Source of the DNA: the human T2T-CHM13v2.0 reference genome, Homo sapiens
Reading direction: 5' to 3' (one strand)
NCBI RefSeq assembly: GCF_009914755.1
Contig: NC_060940.1
Length of the DNA stretch: 64,000 nucleotides
Under the pieces are notes generated by a model, which did no database searches, was not told the origin of the DNA, and saw only the letters and a list, made by a program, of their open reading frames with translations. Below, piece by piece: positions 57,350 through 64,000 of this stretch. Position 1 is the first letter of the stretch, and each line of letters starts with the position of its first letter. The position numbers and the translations under genes were made by a program.

Positions 57350-60300
57350 AGAACTCACTTTGTATTACCTTACAACATATTTTCTGAAGGAATCCCACTG
57401 GACAGTAAGGTATGTACACAGCAACCATATAGATCCATCAACTGCTTTGCATGCTGAACTAGACCAGTTTTCAACAGCATTGAAGCCCTTTCCAAAGTGT
57501 GTGCACGTTTTACATGCCTAGACCTTTCGAAATGTTTGAACAAGAGATTAAGCCTTGTATTTCACACTCTCACCTACTTGAAATATTCATGTGAAGATAG
57601 GGTGGGTATGAGACGTCCAGGAGTTCTCATCAAAAAATATTTGATGACATCATGAAATCTCTGCTAACCTGCAAGTAATTCTTACCAGGTTTTAAAAACT
57701 GAGAAGACTGAAGCTTCAGCCATGTAGAAATACAGATGAAAACCAGCAGGCTTCTGGCCAGGAAAACAAATCTGAATCACACATGAAAGTATTTGCATTC
57801 GGGCTCTAAAAATCTTTCAATTCTGATTTTCTACATTTGATTTGTACTTGATCAGAAAATCAACTAAGCCAAATTTGAATCCAAAATACAAAGGGCAGGG
57901 CTGAATCGAACAGTCTATTTTCATCTTAGCAAAAATTTTGCCTGGGATTTGTTTTCATTTAATTCTGATGTTATTTTTATCTTTATACTTTCATTTATTA
58001 TTTCTATGTCATGTTTTATCTTTGTAGAGATAAACTAGTAACAACTGAGAGACAGTACCCTTTTTAGAGGTTTGTGAATTTTCAAACACTGATCATTTTC
58101 CTCTACTTTATGTAGCCAATTATTGTCCAGATTCCTTTGAAATTTCATTTTCTGTAAGAAGTTTAGTTTCAAATTATTTTCCAAATGGATTTGGATTTTT
58201 TCTTTCATGTTTGTCATCCACAAAACTTATTTACTTATTCATTTATAAAGCTTCACAACTAGCCTGAGGAATTCTGAATATTGGCTTCAACAGACACATT
58301 TTTATTCATTAGCAGGATCCAAAAATACCTTTTCATATTTACTTCTGGAACCTTCAAACAGTTCCTTCCTTTTATTATTTCTTTGTAGCTTCAATTGTTC
58401 TCAACTCTTGGAGGAAAAATGTTTCTTTTCCACTTTAAGAATTCAAATGAGAATATTTCAGTGATTTAAAATCAACTCACTGACGCACTATAGAAACTAT
58501 AAATGTCATATTTAATGGTCACAAGTAGAACTACCCAAGGACTCATGGCAAGAATCCTCCAAAGTTGTTAGTGGTGGCGGGAGGAGTGTGGCTTGATTTT
58601 GCTCTGCCTTAATATCTGCACTTCTAATGGAACCATTCAGCAGAATGGTTTTAATTTTAACAACAACCAGTAGCATTCATGCTATGGACTGACCCGTCTT
58701 CAAGTAGGAAATCCTTTCATATACCATTCTGCATGTTGAAGATGAGCTCAATTGAAAAGTAGACACAACCACCAAAAAACGTACTAAACCACTTTTCACA
58801 TACCAACATAGAAGTTAAGAGGTGGGAAGGAGGAGAGAAGAAATGAGAATGGTGTGGAGTAGAGGAAGAAAAAGCTGGGCAACATGGCAGAAGACCGAAG
58901 CCATCAAAGAAAGGAAGTCAGAAATTTCTGGTGTTCATTGGCCAAACATCTTCCCAGAATGTGTGTATGTAACATTCATTATTGAGTTGTCACCACAAAA
59001 TTAAAAAAAAATTTTTTTTGAAGTTCTTCACACATGTCTTCTATGAGTGGTTTGGAGGAAAACTGGCAAGGCTGGCGGAAGTCATTTTCTGAAATGCAGA
59101 AAAGAAAGAAAAGGCCAGGTAGAGTGCAGTCAATGTGGGAACCAGGAACTCACTGGAACAAGCTCCTAGAGCTGGAAAGAGCCACAGAAACACGAGCCCC
59201 AGAATTAACTGCATTTTTGGTGGGGACTTTGGATTTCCTAGAGGATATGCTATTGAGCCATCCATTTAAATCTCAAAGGACAAAATAAGTGATAAAATCC
59301 ATTGACATCTGCGTAACCTTGCAGTCATCATGTTGGTAAACTTCTCTGCTAGGCTTATCTGAATCAACAACTTCTTCACTATGGCAAAGGAACCTCAACT
59401 GACATCATCTCAGAAGGTGAGTTGTGAATTGTGTACTTGCCTCCTGACACATACATGAATTTCTTTCATCCCCCAGATTTTTACAGTTTTTAATTTCCCA
59501 TTTGACATAGTGGGAAAAAAAGGGGAAAACAAAACAAAAAACAAAACAAAAAAAAAACACATGATTCGTGTTGCCTTTGGTAAAGGCAATCATTGATGAG
59601 GGTGTCCTTAAATAGATAAAAATTCCAGTTGCCATGACCTAGAGGAAGCTCAGGTTGACCACAAACCCAGGCTCCTGCCCTGCTCCTCAGTTACAAAACC
59701 GAGACAGTGAGGAGGGAAATGGTGATGGATAGCCAGCTTTGTACCCTAGGTATATGCCCACCCTGCTAGAATACTGCAAAACCCAGTATTTCTTTTTAAT
59801 CAATCTCTAGACAGAATTAGGCCCTAGCTTATAGCTGAAAATGAGAAATAAATTCATTGTGCTTTCTGTCCCATGTATTTCCTACTACTTCTTGCTTATA
59901 ATAATATGGAGATAAAGATTCATTGTGTGTGTAAAATTGGTTTTCCAACAAATTCTGTTGCTCTTAAAATAAAAATAAGATTCCCAGGGTAAGAAAAAAA
60001 ATGAATGTGCAAAAGAAAACAACCAAAGTACGCAGGAAGTAATAGAGGAAAGAAAACAAACAGTAAAGGACCATTGATAAAACAACGTGCATTACCTGGC
60101 TAGATCTTTTTCCCCACAAACTAAGATAGTTTGATGCGTTTAAATTGTGCTGTAACTCCCTTCTGGATAAAACCATAGAGGAAAGACACAGTTGTGTGCT
60201 TGGGCTTCTCTCCAGGCAGCTTACTTGGAAGCTGAGAATGTCAGACAGTCTGAACTAGGAAATGGGAGAGTGTGTGTGAGAAGCAATCTTAAGAACAGCC

Positions 60301-60619
60301 GAATGGGCTGGCCACACTTGCATGATTCCTGGATGGCAAAGAAAGTCTGCAAAAGATGCCAGACTGTTATGTGGCTGCTGGCAGACTCTGCTCTAAAAGT
60401 GGAACATTTAGAGTTTCAGTGGGCAGGCTTGGATACATAAGAAGCTTAAGCAGAGTGAGACAGACTATCTTTTTACCGACATAGCCAGCTTACGGGAAGC
60501 TAGCAAGAGAAAAAAAGTATGTGTAAATAGGTAACCAATGGCCACTTGGCAAAGAGGCAGCCCCTAGATTCCTAAAAAGCATATTTGGACCTCTGCCTAT
60601 GGCTTTTACTTATTTGTTC

Positions 60620-61058
60620 ATCTATTTATATATCCACCCACCTACCTACCTACCTGCCTGCCTTCCTACCTACCGGCCTGCCTGCCTTTCTTCCTACCTA
60701 CCTGCCTTAATACCTACCTACCTGCCTGCCTGCTTTTCTGCCTCCTACCTGCCTATCTACCTACCTGCCTATCCATCTACCTACCTACCTGCCTATCTAC
60801 CTACCTGCCTACCTGCCTATCTATCTACCTGCCTATCCACCTATCTACCTACATGCCTATCCATCTACCTGCCTACCTGCCTATCTACCTACCTGCCTTA
60901 ATACCTACCTACCTTTCTGCCTCCTACCTGCCTATCTATCTACTTGCCTGTCTACTTGCCTATCTACCTACCTGCCTATCTATCTACCTGCCTGCCTGCC
61001 TTTCTGCCTATCTATCTATTGCCTTAATACCTACCTACCTGCTTACCTGCCTGCCTAT
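60620..61058 (+). repeat. Compound (CCTA/CCTG/TCTA)n tetranucleotide array
   Basis: Read directly; explains the LPTYLPA ORFs. Confidence 0.95.
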
Positions 61059-61663
61059 GGACTAGAAAAGAATCCTAAAGCACTGCCAAAGCTTTCATGT
61101 CTTTTTTACCTTTAGTTGGCTTAGAGCAGAGGTGAATTAAATGGCAAATAGTTGAGACATAAAACTGTATCTACGATTTGTACTTCTTTCAGACCCATCT
61201 TAATTTGCTTTAGGCTGAAGGACTCTAGTATCAAATACATGACTTTACTGTGAATCCCAGCAATTACTAAAGGCAGGCAATGAATATCTGTGGCTTCGGG
61301 AAAGCCATAGGTAGACTCTACCGGTCTTTTCCTTTACTGGAATGTATCAAGGTAGAAAGTACATAGTACTGGAAAACAGGAAAACTTCCAGGGCAGGGAA
61401 GACAAGGCTTCCCACAGGCCAGCTTCAAGGGCCTCTTTTCATTCTCTATCACTTCCTCCCCTCTGAATCTCTCTGCTCATATGAACAAAGAGTGTTTCCG
61501 CCAAGTGAGTGGGGCTCTTATGTGGCGGTCTGCAGATGTTAGGAGGGGCAATTGCCCCCAACACTGTTCTCAATATTTGTGTGCATATACATCTTTCTGG
61601 ACTCCCAAAGAAGCTGATGTCCCAAGAAATGTTTAGAACCACATCTGCCAGTCACAGAGGACC

Positions 61664-61968
61664 TGGTATTGTATGATTCGATTTACAGCCCATGTCCAGA
61701 GGAAGCAAATCCACAGATACAGAAAGTCTAGGGCATAACCTAGGGATGGGAAGCAGGGAATGGGGGTGGTTGGGAGGAAACAGGGAGTTATTGCTAATAG
61801 GTATGAGATTTCCTTTTGTTGGGTGAAGAAAATGTTCTAAAACTGATTGTGATGATGGTTGTACAACTCTGAATATACCAGAAACCACTGAATTGTGCAC
61901 TTTAAATGGGTGAATTGTATTGTATGTGAATTATATCTCAATAAAGCTGTTATTTTAAAAGAAAAAAA
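61664..61968 (+). mobile_element. L1MB-type 3' end
   Basis: GAAAATGTTCTAAAA...GATGGTTGTACAACTCTGAATATAC...CACTTTAAATGGGTGAATTG...GAATTATATCTCAATAAAGCTG. Confidence 0.85.
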
Positions 61969-62452
61969 TCTATAAAACCCTGACCCACCAGAAATGTACC
62001 ATTTAGCCCTTCCTGAGAAAATAGCAACATCCAGGGGCTCATCAGACCCTGAAATGACAGAGAAAATGGCAAGCATCTTAAGTATAAGAGCTCCCTTCTT
62101 TATCAATGCAAACCTCAGAAAAAAAGGAGACTTATTTGGGTCTTTAGTGACTTTGGTTTACGTTTTTCTCCATAGCAACTGGGCCAAATATTGCACTAAC
62201 TGAATACTCCATGGGTCAAGTGCCTACAAGTTAGTGGACACCTCCGGAAAAAAACGCAGTCACAGAGTAAATTCAGGAAATCCTATTATGTCAGTAGTTC
62301 ACCGGACAACTGGCATCCGCTTCTGATTATTTTTCTCCTGGTTACCAAATCCCTCATCAGTTAAAGCCAATGAGTTTTTAACATCCTAAGACAGAAATGA
62401 GGTTATAACACTCACATGGAGATAATTCTTAAAGGGAATATATTTAGCCACC

Positions 62453-62736
<284 letters not shown>

Positions 62737-64000
62737 CAGCCACATTTTTAATATACAATATCATCCTTCCCTCGTCAGAAGTAGTACAACATTATCGTGC
62801 AGAATATCATTTTTATTAAAGCTGAGGTATTTGTTACAAGTGGTGCAATACCCTTCATACCATATGTTTTCCCATGTGGACAAAATTTATTTGGAGTTTG
62901 CCTGCTGGAGGAAATTTAAATACCAGTAAATTGATGGTGATTTAAAAAAATAAATACTTATAAACGTTCCTTTTTTAACTAACCATTACTGACAGAAACC
63001 TTACAATCCAGGGATCTAATTCTCTGGAAGTAGCCACGAAGAGAGGAATTTTAGCAAAAACCTCACAATGAAACTCATAGCTCAAGACTCACTTTCCAGC
63101 CCAATGAAGAGACAGGGGGTGGGAGAGGGAGGGAGCATGACTTTTAAAAGCTAGCAATCTGGCAGGAAGTTGAATGAATTTTCCCTCCTCCTTTAGGAAG
63201 GGAGGCAGGACAAAAGGCAGGGTTTTCGCAGCAATTTTCATTTTTCAGTCATTTGCAGGAAAGCCCAACCAGTCTGATTAACATTCAGCCATCTGTCTGA
63301 ACACAAAAGCCTGCAACGTGCAACATTTAAGTTCTACGGATAGCTTTAACATGTTATCAATTAAACAAGTTTTCCTTCCACTGTAGTTTTTGGACTTAAA
63401 TCTGATTTCTATTTATTGGGGTGGGAGAAGATGAGAAGAAAGAGTGGGAAGAGAGAATCTGAATTACGACTTTATCAGACCCAAGTTAAATGTCATCAGA
63501 TTACAACTCTGCAGAATTGACTCCCTGGGTCGCCAGGAGACCAAAGGAAGCCAAGATTGACAATGTACAGATTCAAATGCATTTTCTTCATTATCAACCC
63601 CACAAAAAGAAGAGGGATAATAAGGGACATATGTAAACTTTATATACGCAGATATCTTGCTGGTTGGAGAAGGCTGCCTGCTACGTAATTTATCCTGAAA
63701 TATTTCCTTTAAAAAAAAAAAGAGAGAGAGAGAGAAAAAAGAAAAAAATGCAACTAGGTTTTACTGTCCCAGCAAGGGTATGACAGCAACAATTTACAAT
63801 TTTCCTCCATCTCATTCTCCCCTCCTCCCTCCTCTGCCTCTCCACTCACCATCTATTCTCCATTTCCTGACAACTTCTCATCACGTTAGTTCATGCCTAA
63901 TCTAAAATGGTGGTGGGTGAAGGAATTTTTTTAAAAAAATAAGATAGAAAAAGGAAAAGGGAGACAATATGATTAGAAGGAGGACAGGAGAAAGAGCAAG

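Noticed and set aside
60599-61065. LPTYLPA-repeat ORFs
   Set aside because: Translation of the tetranucleotide array.

Overview
Primate (human-like) non-coding genomic DNA, most likely intronic or intergenic. I find no supportable protein-coding gene, RNA gene or CRISPR array: the longer ORFs are L1 remnants, Alu read-throughs or translations of simple repeats. Two repeat-rich flanks (about 1-20.4 kb and 42.9-62.7 kb) hold about 22 Alus, several L1 3' ends including a 5'-inverted L1PB1, an MLT2A2 solo LTR, other old LTRs, MIR/L2 and hAT fossils. Between them lies a 22.5 kb interval with no Alu or young L1. That interval has local CpG retention, homeodomain/POU/PBX/E-box motif clusters, a probable ancient MIR1_Amn SINE tail and a candidate minus-strand non-coding first exon (GAG|GTAAGG at 39479/39478), which suggests the regulatory core of a developmental gene I cannot name. 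The most unusual directly visible structures are two local, same-orientation duplications of about 280-300 bp (9304-9579 copied from 13275-13564; 50697-50995 paired with 56356-56678). The first ends in a perfect 24-bp fold-back hairpin and is bracketed by a 16-bp direct repeat, which looks like a fossil template-switching repair event. I cannot support a claim of a new multi-gene system. Repeat subfamily names come from remembered consensus features, not from a database search.
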